From positions 128,001 through 192,000 of the forward strand of contig CAVSGI010000008.1 in assembly GCA_963727445.1 (NCBI GenBank): a DNA stretch of 64,000 nt, in the 5' to 3' direction. Both the position numbers and the translations under genes were made by a program. The notes under the pieces were generated by a model. It saw nothing but the letters and a program-made list of their open reading frames with translations, searched no databases and had not been told where the DNA came from. Below are positions 54,898 to 64,000 of the stretch, piece after piece; position 1 is the stretch's first letter; each line of letters begins with the position of its first letter. Source of the DNA: an uncultured delta proteobacterium. Lineage in GTDB: Bacteria; Myxococcota_A; Polyangia; Polyangiales; B10-G4.

Positions 54898-55801
54898 AAT
54901 CCTGTCCCGCCTCCGAGTCAACGTCCTGTCCGAGCTCCGGCTCCGGCCAGCCCCCGGCGATGTGCGCGCGCGCCGCCGCCACCCCGCGCGCCTGCGCCTC
55001 GCTCAGCACCAGCCCCGAAAGCGCCTCGTCGAAGGCCCGCACCTGCCGATTCGTCGACAATCCCCGCTCGCGCGCCATCGCCGCCAGCTCCACCGCTGCC
55101 CGATACGCTCCCTCCACGTCGAGCCCACGACGCGCCGCCACGAGCTCCTCCCGCACCCGCGCCTCCTCCGCGGCCCAATACGCTCCGTACGCGCTCGGTG
55201 ACGCCGGGCTGTACCCCGGCGGCCGCCGCGCGAGCAGCGCCGCCACCGTCGGCGTCCGTCCCCGCGACAGCGCGTAGAGCCGCACCCGCGTCACCAACTC
55301 CGGCTCCCCGTCCCCGTCGACGTCCACCACCTCCTCGACGCACGCGTCCACCCCGAAGCGCCCGAGCTCGAGCGGCACCTGAGTGACGCGCCCATCCGAC
55401 TCCACCCGCAAGAGCACCAGACACGTTCGCTCCTGCGCGGGATCCGCGCGCGCCACGATCAGCGCGTCGACGCCCTCCGCACGTCGCAGCGAGATCGCTT
55501 GCGCCACCTCCGTCTCCGGCACCTCCAGCGCCGCGGCGATCCCGCGCTCGGTGATCACCCGGATCGCGGTCCGTCCGTCATCAGGTCGCCGCGCATCGAA
55601 GGCGACCCAGCCCTCCCCTTCGAGCTCCTCACCGATCGTCCAGCCGCTCTCCGCGAGCCCAGCCCGGACCTCTGCCGCCTCAGTCCGCGGATCGACGCCC
55701 GCGCGAAAGGTCGCGATGTCGTGCGCGATCGCCGCGTTCTGCGCCTCGCCTCCGCAACCGAGCACGAGCGACAAGAGCATGGTCCACGAGGCCCGGTGCA
55801 C
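54896..55801 (-). CDS. Hypothetical lipoprotein
   Basis: LLSLVLGC lipobox and a DVDGDGEPEL Ca-binding-like motif. Confidence 0.65.
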   Translation of the reverse strand: MHRASWTMLLSLVLGCGGEAQNAAIAHDIATFRAGVDPRTEAAEVRAGLAESGWTIGEELEGEGWVAFDARRPDDGRTAIRVITERGIAAALEVPETEVAQAISLRRAEGVDALIVARADPAQERTCLVLLRVESDGRVTQVPLELGRFGVDACVEEVVDVDGDGEPELVTRVRLYALSRGRTPTVAALLARRPPGYSPASPSAYGAYWAAEEARVREELVAARRGLDVEGAYRAAVELAAMARERGLSTNRQVRAFDEALSGLVLSEAQARGVAAARAHIAGGWPEPELGQDVDSEAGQD

Positions 55802-55819
55802 GGCCGACAGTAGAGCACA

Positions 55820-56447
55820 TCAAGCGGCCGGCGCCCGCGCGAGCGTCAACGTCCGCACCTCCGCCCCCGCCTCCCGCAGGACCCGCGCCGCCTCCGCCAA
55901 CGTCGCCCCCGTGGTCCGCACGTCGTCCACCAGCAGCACCCGCCCCCCCACCGCGCGCCGGAGCCGAAACGCCCCGCGCACGTTGTCCTTGCGTGCGTCG
56001 GCGTCGAGCCCCACCTGCGGCCGCGTCGGCCGCACCCGCGAGAGCCGTCCCGCCACGAGCGGAACCCCCAGCGCCCGCGAAAGCGGCCGCGCCAGAAGCG
56101 CCGCCTGATTGAAGCCGCGCGACGCGAGGCGCGCGCGATGGAGCGGCACCGGCACCACCACGTCGACGAGCCCGCCGTACGCTGGCGCCGCCGCGACCAT
56201 CCGCTCCGAGAGCGCCGGCAACAGATCCAGCCGGCCGTCGTACTTCAGGCGTCGGATCGCGTCCGCCAGCGGGCCCGCGAAGACGTGCAGGCTCGCGCCC
56301 CGCGCCGGCGGACGCACCCCCTGTGGCGCATGGTCGACGAGGATCCCGCACCCACCACAGAAACCCTCCTCGTCCCCGACCAGCACCTCGTCACACGCCG
56401 CACAGCGATGAGGCGCGATCGAGATCGAGGAGCCCCTCGAAGACCAT
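55820..56447 (-). CDS. comF: ComF-family phosphoribosyltransferase-like protein; +1 frameshift near 56421
   Basis: MVFEGLLDL/IAPHRCAACD...CGGC zinc ribbon, VPVPLH, RGFNQA, LLVDDVRTTGATL. Confidence 0.88.
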
Positions 56448-56496
56448 CCGCGGCGAGAGCACCCCCCGTTATCGGCGCCGCCCGCCCCGAGTTGCG

Positions 56497-56949
56497 TCAG
56501 TGGTCGTAGGGCTCGCCACGCAGGATGGAAAACGCCCGGTAGAGCTGCTCCACCACGAAGAGCCGGCAGAGCCGATGCGGCAGCGTCATCTTCGACAGGC
56601 TCAGGCGCAGGTCCGCCGCTTTGCTCGTCTCCTTCGGCAGCCCGTACGCCCCGCCGATCAACAAGCAGAGCTCCGAGACGCCCTCCCCCTCGCAGCGCCC
56701 GACGTATTCCGCGAGCCCCGCGCTCGACAGCGCCTTGCCTTCGACCTCGAGCGCCACCACCCGGCTCCGCTCACCGATGGCCTTTTCGAAGCGCGCGCGC
56801 ACCTCGTCCTCGCTCCCATCCTTGAGCTCGACCTCTTCGAAGCGCGCGTGCCGCCCGATGCGCTTTTCGTAGTCGTCGATCGCCTCGCGGATGCCGCGCT
56901 CCTTCACGCGACCCACCGCGATCACGCGCACCCGCAGAGACCCGGCCAC
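56497..56949 (-). CDS. rlmH: 23S rRNA (pseudouridine1915-N3)-methyltransferase
   Basis: IAVGR, LIGGAYGL, LSLSKMTLPH, EQLYRAFSIL.GEPY. Confidence 0.95.
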   Translation of the reverse strand: MAGSLRVRVIAVGRVKERGIREAIDDYEKRIGRHARFEEVELKDGSEDEVRARFEKAIGERSRVVALEVEGKALSSAGLAEYVGRCEGEGVSELCLLIGGAYGLPKETSKAADLRLSLSKMTLPHRLCRLFVVEQLYRAFSILRGEPYDH

Positions 56950-56963
56950 GCCTCAGCTCACGC

Positions 56964-57401
56964 TCACGCGGAGCGCTGCTCTTCTTCTTCGAAGTTCACG
57001 CGCGCGGCGTCGATCCACAGCGACTCGAGGTCGTAGTAGCCGCGCGTGTCCTGATGGAAGATGTGAACGATCGCTTCGCCGAAGTCCATGAGCACCCACG
57101 TGCCCTGCGGAAGACCTTCGACGCCGAGGGCATGCACCCCGTGCGCCTTCTTCATGTCTTCCTCGATCCCCTTCGCGATGGCGTTCACCTGACGGTCGCT
57201 CCGACCGCTCATCACCACCACGTAGTCCGCGTAGTCGACCTTGCCGCGCACGTCGATGATCTCGACGTTGAGCGCTTTCTTGTCGAGGCCCGCGCCCGCG
57301 ATCGCGAGCGCCAGCCCCTGGCCCGAAAGCTCGGGTGCGTCCTTGTTGCCCCCCTTCGGCTTCTTCTTGGTCTTGGACTTCCCGGCTTTGGCTTTGGTCA
57401 A
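56964..57401 (-). CDS. rsfS: Ribosome silencing factor
   Basis: DKKA, DYVVVMSG.S.RQV.AI, WVLMDFG..IVHIF, R.YYDLE.LW. TTG start is inferred. Confidence 0.93.
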   Translation of the reverse strand: MTKAKAGKSKTKKKPKGGNKDAPELSGQGLALAIAGAGLDKKALNVEIIDVRGKVDYADYVVVMSGRSDRQVNAIAKGIEEDMKKAHGVHALGVEGLPQGTWVLMDFGEAIVHIFHQDTRGYYDLESLWIDAARVNFEEEEQRSA

Positions 57402-57415
57402 ATGCGATCTCCCAT

Positions 57416-58694
57416 CTAGGAACCACCCCTGGTCTGCCCACTGCCGTAGGCAACCCACTTCTCTGCACAGAGCTCCTCGAGGCCCATCGGGCCGTACGCG
57501 TGGAGCTTCGTGGTCGATATCCCGATCTCGGCGCCGAGCCCCAGCTCCCCGCCGTCGTTGAAACGCGTCGAGGCGTTGGCCAGCACCAGGCTCGCGTCGA
57601 CTTCGCGCACGAAGCGCCGCGCCTTGTCGTAGCTCGAGGTCACGATGGCTTCGGTGTGATTCGAGCCGTGCTTCGCGATGTGTTCGAGTGCGCCTTCGAT
57701 ACCGTCGACGATACCGACGGAAAGGATCAGGTCCAAGTACTCAGTGTCCCAATCCTCCTCGGTCGCCTCGGCGCAATCCGGGGTCAGCGCCCGGACCCGA
57801 ACATCGCCTCGTAGGCTCACACCCTTGTCGCGCAAGGCCGCCACCACACGTGGCACGAATTCTGCGGCGCAGGCCTCGTCCACCAGGAGCGTCTCCATCG
57901 CGTTGCACACCCCGGGCCGGTGCGTCTTGGCATCGAGAGCGATCGCCACCGCCCGGTCGAGGTCCGCGTCCCCGTCGACGTAGACGTGGCAGACCCCTTT
58001 GTAGTGCTGGATCACCGGCACCCGTGCGTTGTCCGCCACGAAGCGAATCAGCGACTCACCGCCGCGCGGGATGATCAGGTCGACGATCCCCTCGAGGCCG
58101 ATCATCACAAGCGTCGCTTCCCGATCCGTCGTCGGCAGCAGCGTCACCGACGCCGCCGGCAGCCCCTCGGCCTCGAGCGCCGCGCTGAAGACCTGCGCGA
58201 TGGCCTGGTTGCTCCGGAACGCTTCCTTGCCGCCGCGGAGCAGCGTCGCGTTGCCGCTCTTCAGGCAGAGCGCCGCCGCGTCGGCGGTCACGTTCGGGCG
58301 CGACTCGTAGATGATGCCGATCACGCCGAGGGGCACCTTCATCCGGCCGACCGAGAGGCCGCTCTCGAGGGTGCGCATCTCGCGCACCCTGCCCACCGGG
58401 TCGTCGAGTCGCGCCACGTGCTCCACCGCGTCGGCGACTGCATCGAGGCGCTCCGAGGTGAGCGTCAATCGAATCAATCATCGCCTTCGACAGGCCGTCC
58501 TTCACCGCCGCTTCGACGTCGCTCTCGTTGGCGTCGAGGATGGTCGGCTTCGCCTCGCCGCGGAGCGTCGCCGCCACCCGCCTGAGCACCGCGTTCTTCC
58601 GCGCCGGCGTGAGGCTCCCGAGCACCCGTGACGCGGCCTTCGCCTCGCTGGCCAGCGTCGTCACCTGACGCCGGATGTCCGAACTCTCGCTCAC
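57416..58694 (-). CDS. proA: Gamma-glutamyl phosphate reductase; +1 frameshift near 58473
   Basis: VPLGVIGIIYESRPNVT, GVCNAMETLL, NASTRFNDG, EIGISTTKLHAYGP. The frames join at GAATC 58471-58475 (MIDRLTLT). Confidence 0.95.
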
Positions 58695-58719
58695 GTGCCT
58701 CGATGGAAGCTTAGCAGAT

Positions 58720-59817
58720 TCAGGTGACGACCATGTCGTTGCGGTGAACGATCTCCTCACCGCCGAAGCGCCCGATCCGCGCCTCGATCTCGTCGCTCTT
58801 CGCCCCCGCGAGACGCGCCACGTCCTTGGTCGAGTACCGCGAAAGCCCCCGGGCGAGCTCCTTGCCGTCGGCGTCCACCACCAGCACCGCGTCTCCGGCG
58901 TCGAAGTCGCCCCGCACCCCGATGACCCCTGCCGGCAAGAGGCTCTTCTGCTTGTCGGTCAGCGCCCGCGCCGCCCCGCCGTCCACCACGATGGTCCCCC
59001 GCGGCTTGAGCGTGTAGGCGATCCAATGCTTGCGGCTGGCGAGCTTGGCGCCCGCCGGCAGGAAGAGCGTCCCCACCTCCTCGCCGCGCAGGATCGCCGC
59101 GAGCGTCGTCTCGTCGCGCGCGTCGCCTATCACCACCGGCACACCCCGCTTGGTCGCGCGCCGCGCCGCGTCCACCTTCGAGCCCATGCCGCCTCGCCCG
59201 TGCCCGCTCTTTTCGGGACGCACGTGGTCCTCGGCGCGGTCGCCGTCGGCCACCACCGGCACGACCTCCCCCGCGTCGTCGAGGAGCCCCTCGACGTCGG
59301 TCATCAGCACCAGGAGGTCCGCTCCCACCAGCGTCGCCACCATCGCGGCCAGCTGATCGTTGTCGCCGAAGCGGATCTCCTCCACCGCCACCGTGTCGTT
59401 CTCGTTGATCACCGGGATGGCGCCGGTGCTGAGCAAGGCCTCGAGCGCCGCGCGCGCATTCAAGTAACGGTCGCGATCGGAGAGATCGGCGTGCGTCAGG
59501 AGCACCTGCGCGAGCGGCGCCTTCACCTCGTCCGCGCCGAAGGCACGCTCCCATGCGTGCATCAGCGACGACTGCCCCGCCGCCGCCGCCGCCTGAAGCA
59601 GCGCGATCGACCGCGTCTTGGGATCGATGCCCAGGCGATCGAGCCCGCGCGCGATCGCGCCGCTCGACACCAGCACCACCTGACGACCGTCCCTGCGCGC
59701 CGCCGCGATGGCGTGCGCGAGCGAGACGAAGCGCTCGTCGCCCTTCGCGAGTGTGGTGCTCCCCACCTTCACCACGACGCGCTTGACCTCGCGGAGCGCC
59801 TTGCGCGCGTCGCTCAC
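58720..59817 (-). CDS. proB: Glutamate 5-kinase
   Basis: VVKVGS, VSSGAI, NENDTV, FGDND, GGMGSK, C-terminal PUA domain. Confidence 0.96.
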   Translation of the reverse strand: MSDARKALREVKRVVVKVGSTTLAKGDERFVSLAHAIAAARRDGRQVVLVSSGAIARGLDRLGIDPKTRSIALLQAAAAAGQSSLMHAWERAFGADEVKAPLAQVLLTHADLSDRDRYLNARAALEALLSTGAIPVINENDTVAVEEIRFGDNDQLAAMVATLVGADLLVLMTDVEGLLDDAGEVVPVVADGDRAEDHVRPEKSGHGRGGMGSKVDAARRATKRGVPVVIGDARDETTLAAILRGEEVGTLFLPAGAKLASRKHWIAYTLKPRGTIVVDGGAARALTDKQKSLLPAGVIGVRGDFDAGDAVLVVDADGKELARGLSRYSTKDVARLAGAKSDEIEARIGRFGGEEIVHRNDMVVT

Positions 59818-60503
59818 GGCTGCCCCTCCGCCTGCAGCGCCCGATCGAAGGCCGCCCGGAGGCGCGCGAGGATCGACTCCGGCGAATCCGCCGCCGCGTC
59901 GAGGAGCGTGTCGACCGCGCGCTCGATCGGGCTCCGGTCCTCGTCGTCGAGGCCGGCGGCCGCGCGCAGCGCCTCGCCGAACGTCTTGAACACGCCGCCA
60001 GGCGCGAGGCGCAGCGCCTCGAGCACCGCGTCCACTTCCGCCGAGTCCATCGCATGCCGGATGCGGATCGCCTCGTCCCGACTCAGGGCCGCACCCTTCG
60101 GCCGCTCGGCGACCGTGAGGTGATGGTCGAGGAGGATGGCGGCTGCCCAGGTCGAGACGGCGTCGTCGACCCGCGACGCGATGCGCAGGGGCGCGAAGGC
60201 GCTCGCCACCGCCGAGCGCAGCCAACGCCCCTTCGGATCGCGGTTCACCCGCCCGCCGGACAGAACGTCACGCGCACCCCGGCTCAACCGGACATCGTGT
60301 CGCCTGGCCACCCGCCGGAGCGCCGCACCCCGCGCGAGCCCCGACAGGAGGCGGTCGGCGAAAGGCACGGGGACCGCCGTCGCCAGCCCCGCCGCCGCCG
60401 CGTAGATGCCCACCCGCGGCGCCGTTTCAGGCTCCGCTTCCTCCGACAAGTCGTCGGGCGCATCGGTCGCGAGGTCGGACCCACCTTCCATCGGCGGCAT
60501 CAT
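59814..60503 (-). CDS. Hypothetical protein
   Basis: An ORF translationally coupled to proB; it contains AVPVPFAD. Confidence 0.65.
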   Translation of the reverse strand: MMPPMEGGSDLATDAPDDLSEEAEPETAPRVGIYAAAAGLATAVPVPFADRLLSGLARGAALRRVARRHDVRLSRGARDVLSGGRVNRDPKGRWLRSAVASAFAPLRIASRVDDAVSTWAAAILLDHHLTVAERPKGAALSRDEAIRIRHAMDSAEVDAVLEALRLAPGGVFKTFGEALRAAAGLDDEDRSPIERAVDTLLDAAADSPESILARLRAAFDRALQAEGQP

Positions 60504-60574
60504 AAACCCTCTGTGGCTTTTCGCCGCTCGCGGAAATGTCCGAGCGGAGCGCGGTGTGTTCTAGAGTGCGTCTG

Positions 60575-61565
60575 ATGCTGGCCTCCGACATCCCGCCCTG
60601 GCTCGTGCGCGTCTTCGCGTTCGCCTTCGGCGCGGTCTGGGGCAGCTTCTTCAACGTCGCCATCTACAGGTGGCCTCGTGAGATGAGCGTGGTGACGCCG
60701 CCCAGCCACTGCCCGGCCTGCGGCGAGCCGATCCCGATGACGAAGAACGTGCCCATCTTCGGCTGGCTGGCGCTTCGCGGCAAAGCCGCCTGCTGCGGCG
60801 CGCCCATCAACCCGCGCTATCCGCTGGTGGAGCTCGTCAGCGCCATGCTCGCGGTCGCCCTCACCGAGCGCTTCATCGTGAACGCCGCCCCCGAGATGGA
60901 GCTCTGGGCCGCCGGCGTTCGAGCGGCCGTCTACTTCGTCTTCGTCGGCGGCCTGGTGGTGGCGAGCTTCGTCGACCTCGACTTCATGGAGATCCCGGAC
61001 GAGGTCTCACTGCCTGGCACGGCGCTCGGTCTTGTCACCGTGACCTTCCGCGAGTTTCCGGGCCCGGTGGACGCGGCCATCGGCGCCGGCGCCGGCTACC
61101 TCCTCGTGCAGGTCGTCTTCGTGTGGTCGTACGAACGCCTCGCCGGGCGTCGCGGGATGGGCGAGGGCGACTCGAAGCTGCTGATGATGATCGGCGCCTT
61201 CCTCGGTTGGCAGGGCGCGCTCGCCGCCCTGGTCCTCGGCGCCTTTCAGGGTCTCGCCATCGCGGCCATCTTCCTCGCCGCCGGCAAGCGCTACGAGCCC
61301 CCGGGGCTCGCCGAGTGGGAGGCGGCGGAGGCCGCGCGGGAGAAGGCGGCGCGCGGGAACGAGAACGAGAGCGGGAACGGGAACGGGAACGAGGAACGGG
61401 AACGGGAACGGGAACGAGGACGTGGACGGGGACGCTGACGAGGACGAGGAGATGCCTGTTGGACGGCTCAAGATCCCCTACGGCCCGTTCCTCGCCCTCG
61501 GCGCCTTCGAGTTCCTCTTCTTCGGCGACTACCTGGTCGACAAGTACGTGTCGCTCTTCTTCTGA
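60575..61565 (+). CDS. pilD: Prepilin peptidase/N-methyltransferase; +1 frameshift in a (GGGAAC)n tract near 61392
   Basis: GSFFNVAIYRWP, SHCPAC, GKAACC, MGEGDSKL. The conserved IPYGPFLA lies in the next frame and ends at TGA 61563-61565. Confidence 0.9.
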
Positions 61566-61571
61566 AGCCGC

Positions 61572-63581
61572 TCAGCGAACCGCGATCACGCGGCGAACGA
61601 TCACGTCGCCTTGATCCCCGCTCGGCGCCTCGTCGATGGCCGTCTTGTCCGGGCTGGCCTCGGCGAACTCGTCCTCGGCCGGCGACTCGGCGTCGATGGC
61701 GGCGACGATCTGCCGAACTTCGTCCTTGCGCATGTCCATCGTCGTCAGGTCTTCGTCGACGTCGTCGTCCGGCACCGACTCGCCCACGATGGTGGGCTCC
61801 TCCTCGTCCTCCCAGAGCGGCGCCTCCGCCGCGGCCTCGCGCGCGGATACCTCGGCCTCGGCCTTCTTTCGGAGGTACGCGTGGTCTGCCGTGGCTGGGA
61901 GCGACGGCCCGAAGTCGATGGGGATGTCCTCTTCCATCGGCGGCGCCAGCGCGTCGATCGCCGCGCCCGCGGCCGGAACACGTGGGTCCGCCATCATCCC
62001 CCCGTCGTCCATCGTGCTCATCACGCTGTCCGCCGGCTCGTCCGGAGTGGACAGGACGTCCTCGCCCGGCATGGTCTTGATCTGCGGCACGGCCCCGCTG
62101 TCGATGAGGTCGCGGATCTCGCCGGCACGACGCGCATAGCGCTCGCGGTCGGGGTAGACGCGCGCGAGGCGCTCGTAGATCCGCAGCGCCCGCTCGGCGT
62201 AGCCCTGCTTGAGCATGAGCTCGGCCATCTTGTCCGGGTCGCCGATCTCGGTGGACACCTCTTCCCAATCCGAGGCCTTCGCCTTGTTGTCGGCGCCCCA
62301 CCCGTCCGCCGATGGACGGCCGGACTTCTTGAGGAGGTTGGGCGAGGTGATGGGCTTCTTCTTCCTGCCCGGTACCTTGACCGACAGCTCGCGCGTGTGG
62401 TCCTCGAAGGTCTGATCGGGATAGGGCCCCGAGGGAGCCGTGCCGGGGATCAAAGGCTCGTTCGGGACAGACGCCTCGGGCTCGCTGAGCCGCGCCACCT
62501 GCGCGCGCAGCTCGTTGGCGTTCACGCGACGCGTGGGCTCTTCGAGGATCGGCGCACCCGGCACCGGCACCGCCTCGGGCCGGAGGTTGCGCGTCGCCTC
62601 CGCCGGGAGGTCGTCCGCGTGAGCCTTGGCGGTCTGGCGCAGCGGATCCACCGAGGAGCGGTCCGGCACGTGCGTCGCCGGCTCGTCGACGACCGCGCCG
62701 AGCGCCTTCTTCACCGTCTGCACGTCGTCCAGATACGCACGCGCCCGCTCGTTCATCGGATCGGAGATGACGAGCTTGCGGAACATCCGCTCGGCCACGT
62801 CGAAGTTGCACATCCGCACTTGAAAGAGCGCGACGTTGATGCCGGTCATCGGCTGAGTGCGCATCGCCGCGGTGTTCACCTCGGCGTTGATCCGGCCCAT
62901 CGCGTCGACGATGCGGCCGAGGGCCACGATCACCGCGTGGGCATTCGAATCGCGCGGATGCGCATCGAAGTACCGCTTCGCCACCTCGAGGGCGCCCGGG
63001 AGATCGCGCGCCCGGAGCTGCTCCTGCATGGCCTCCCCGACCGCCGTCATCGCATGGATCTCGGCGCTCGGGCGAGCGGAGGGCGCCGCGTCCAACAGGA
63101 GCTGGGACAGGAGGTGATGGCGGCGCTCGGCCCAGGCCGGCAGCCCGCGTCCCGTCGCCACGTACTCGTCGAAGGTCATCAGCGCCACCGATGCGGCGCC
63201 ACGGCGGATCTCCTCGTCGGCGTCCCTGAGGTCCGCGGGCGCGTCCTCGGGGATGGGGCCGAGGATCTCGTAGAGCTCGTTGGCGAGATCGCGTCCCGAC
63301 GACAGCTGCGTGAGGCGCGCCCCTTCGAGCAGGCAGATCGCCTCGATGATCCAGCCGCGCCGCGCGTAGGTGCGCGCCATCGAGACGTTGAGGTCCATGT
63401 CGGGACCGTAGACCGACGAGTCGGGCCGGGCCTCCACCGCCTTGAGGAGCGCTGCGCAGGCCATCTCCCCCGGGTCCCGTGTCACCGCCGCCCGGAGCAG
63501 ATTGAGCGCGGCGTCGCGCGCGCCCATCTTCAAGAGGACGCGCGCCACGTGGTCCGTCGGGGGCAGCTCGCTCTGGTTCAT
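61572..63581 (-). CDS. Hypothetical TPR-like protein with an acidic low-complexity C-terminus
   Basis: Helical repeats (FDVAERMFRKLVISDPMNERA; AELMLKQGYAERALRIYERL). The start is uncertain (63581 or 63611). Confidence 0.7.
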   Translation of the reverse strand: MNQSELPPTDHVARVLLKMGARDAALNLLRAAVTRDPGEMACAALLKAVEARPDSSVYGPDMDLNVSMARTYARRGWIIEAICLLEGARLTQLSSGRDLANELYEILGPIPEDAPADLRDADEEIRRGAASVALMTFDEYVATGRGLPAWAERRHHLLSQLLLDAAPSARPSAEIHAMTAVGEAMQEQLRARDLPGALEVAKRYFDAHPRDSNAHAVIVALGRIVDAMGRINAEVNTAAMRTQPMTGINVALFQVRMCNFDVAERMFRKLVISDPMNERARAYLDDVQTVKKALGAVVDEPATHVPDRSSVDPLRQTAKAHADDLPAEATRNLRPEAVPVPGAPILEEPTRRVNANELRAQVARLSEPEASVPNEPLIPGTAPSGPYPDQTFEDHTRELSVKVPGRKKKPITSPNLLKKSGRPSADGWGADNKAKASDWEEVSTEIGDPDKMAELMLKQGYAERALRIYERLARVYPDRERYARRAGEIRDLIDSGAVPQIKTMPGEDVLSTPDEPADSVMSTMDDGGMMADPRVPAAGAAIDALAPPMEEDIPIDFGPSLPATADHAYLRKKAEAEVSAREAAAEAPLWEDEEEPTIVGESVPDDDVDEDLTTMDMRKDEVRQIVAAIDAESPAEDEFAEASPDKTAIDEAPSGDQGDVIVRRVIAVR

Positions 63582-63624
63582 CCGATCGGCTCGCTCGGGG
63601 ACGATCCCCAACGAACCGACGGTA

Positions 63625-64000
63625 TCACACGGTCGGCAGCGGCCGGAACCAGCGGAACATCAGCCAGAGGTTGATGAGCACGAAGGCGACACAGAGGAAG
63701 GCCAGAACCAGCGCCCAGCCGTAGGTCCCGGGCGCCTCGTCGGTGAGCAGGAGGAAGGACTCGCTCGACACCGGCACGTCCATCTGGCCGTCGAGGTAGC
63801 GACGGACCTCCCCGAAGCGACCCCCGAGCTGACCGAAGGTGACCAGGCGTCCCGAGAACTCCCGCCGGGAGAGGTTCCGCTCGTCGCGGGGCCCCGCGAG
63901 AGGGATCTGGACGAAGACGTTCCTCTGCCCCGCCAGCGGGAAGACCGCGTAGGTCGAGCCCGAGACCAGCCGGCTGTAGCGGACCATCTTCGAGGCCATC
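63625..64000 (-). CDS. Hypothetical membrane protein (5' end outside the window)
   Basis: Open frame to the window end, with C-terminal TM GWALVLAFLCVAFVLINLWLMF. Confidence 0.65.
   Translation of the reverse strand, partial: MASKMVRYSRLVSGSTYAVFPLAGQRNVFVQIPLAGPRDERNLSRREFSGRLVTFGQLGGRFGEVRRYLDGQMDVPVSSESFLLLTDEAPGTYGWALVLAFLCVAFVLINLWLMFRWFRPLPTV

Noticed and set aside
42135..58694. Genuine pseudogenisation of addA, the FAD oxidase, comF and proA
   Set aside because: Apart from single-base insertions at a shared motif, the genes are intact with conserved catalytic motifs, so sequencing error is more parsimonious

Overview
A very GC-rich, gene-dense bacterial chromosomal segment. It is most likely from Myxococcota (Polyangia/Sandaracinaceae-like), inferred from eukaryotic-type Ser/Thr kinases, a TSP3-OmpA protein, a GltG/AgmX-like protein and Cys-rich lipoproteins. 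It holds about 50 CDS and no rRNA, tRNA, CRISPR array, transposase or integrase that I can support. Housekeeping genes include cysC, mltG, ruvX, glk, an addAB-like pair, ggt, thrC, smpB, comF, rlmH, rsfS, proAB and pilD. Accessory modules are a DUF58/transglutaminase/MoxR/TPR operon, a Rid/ECH/ACAD cluster, an orphan Type ISP-like N6-methyltransferase, a sigma-54 MBL-hydrolase/GAF-EBP operon with a perfect NtrC-type box, and an operon of a Cys-rich lipoprotein, two TlpA redoxins and a DUF6029-like barrel. Notable observations: (1) Of 11 inferred +1 frameshifts, 8 sit at GAATC/GATTC where GATC restores the frame, and a ninth lies in tandem GATCs. This probably reflects a sequencing artefact at a modified GATC. 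(2) A 27-bp REP/REPIN-like inverted-repeat family occurs at two loci. (3) A 45-bp tandem hairpin array is present. Product calls come from motif recognition by eye, not from database searches.
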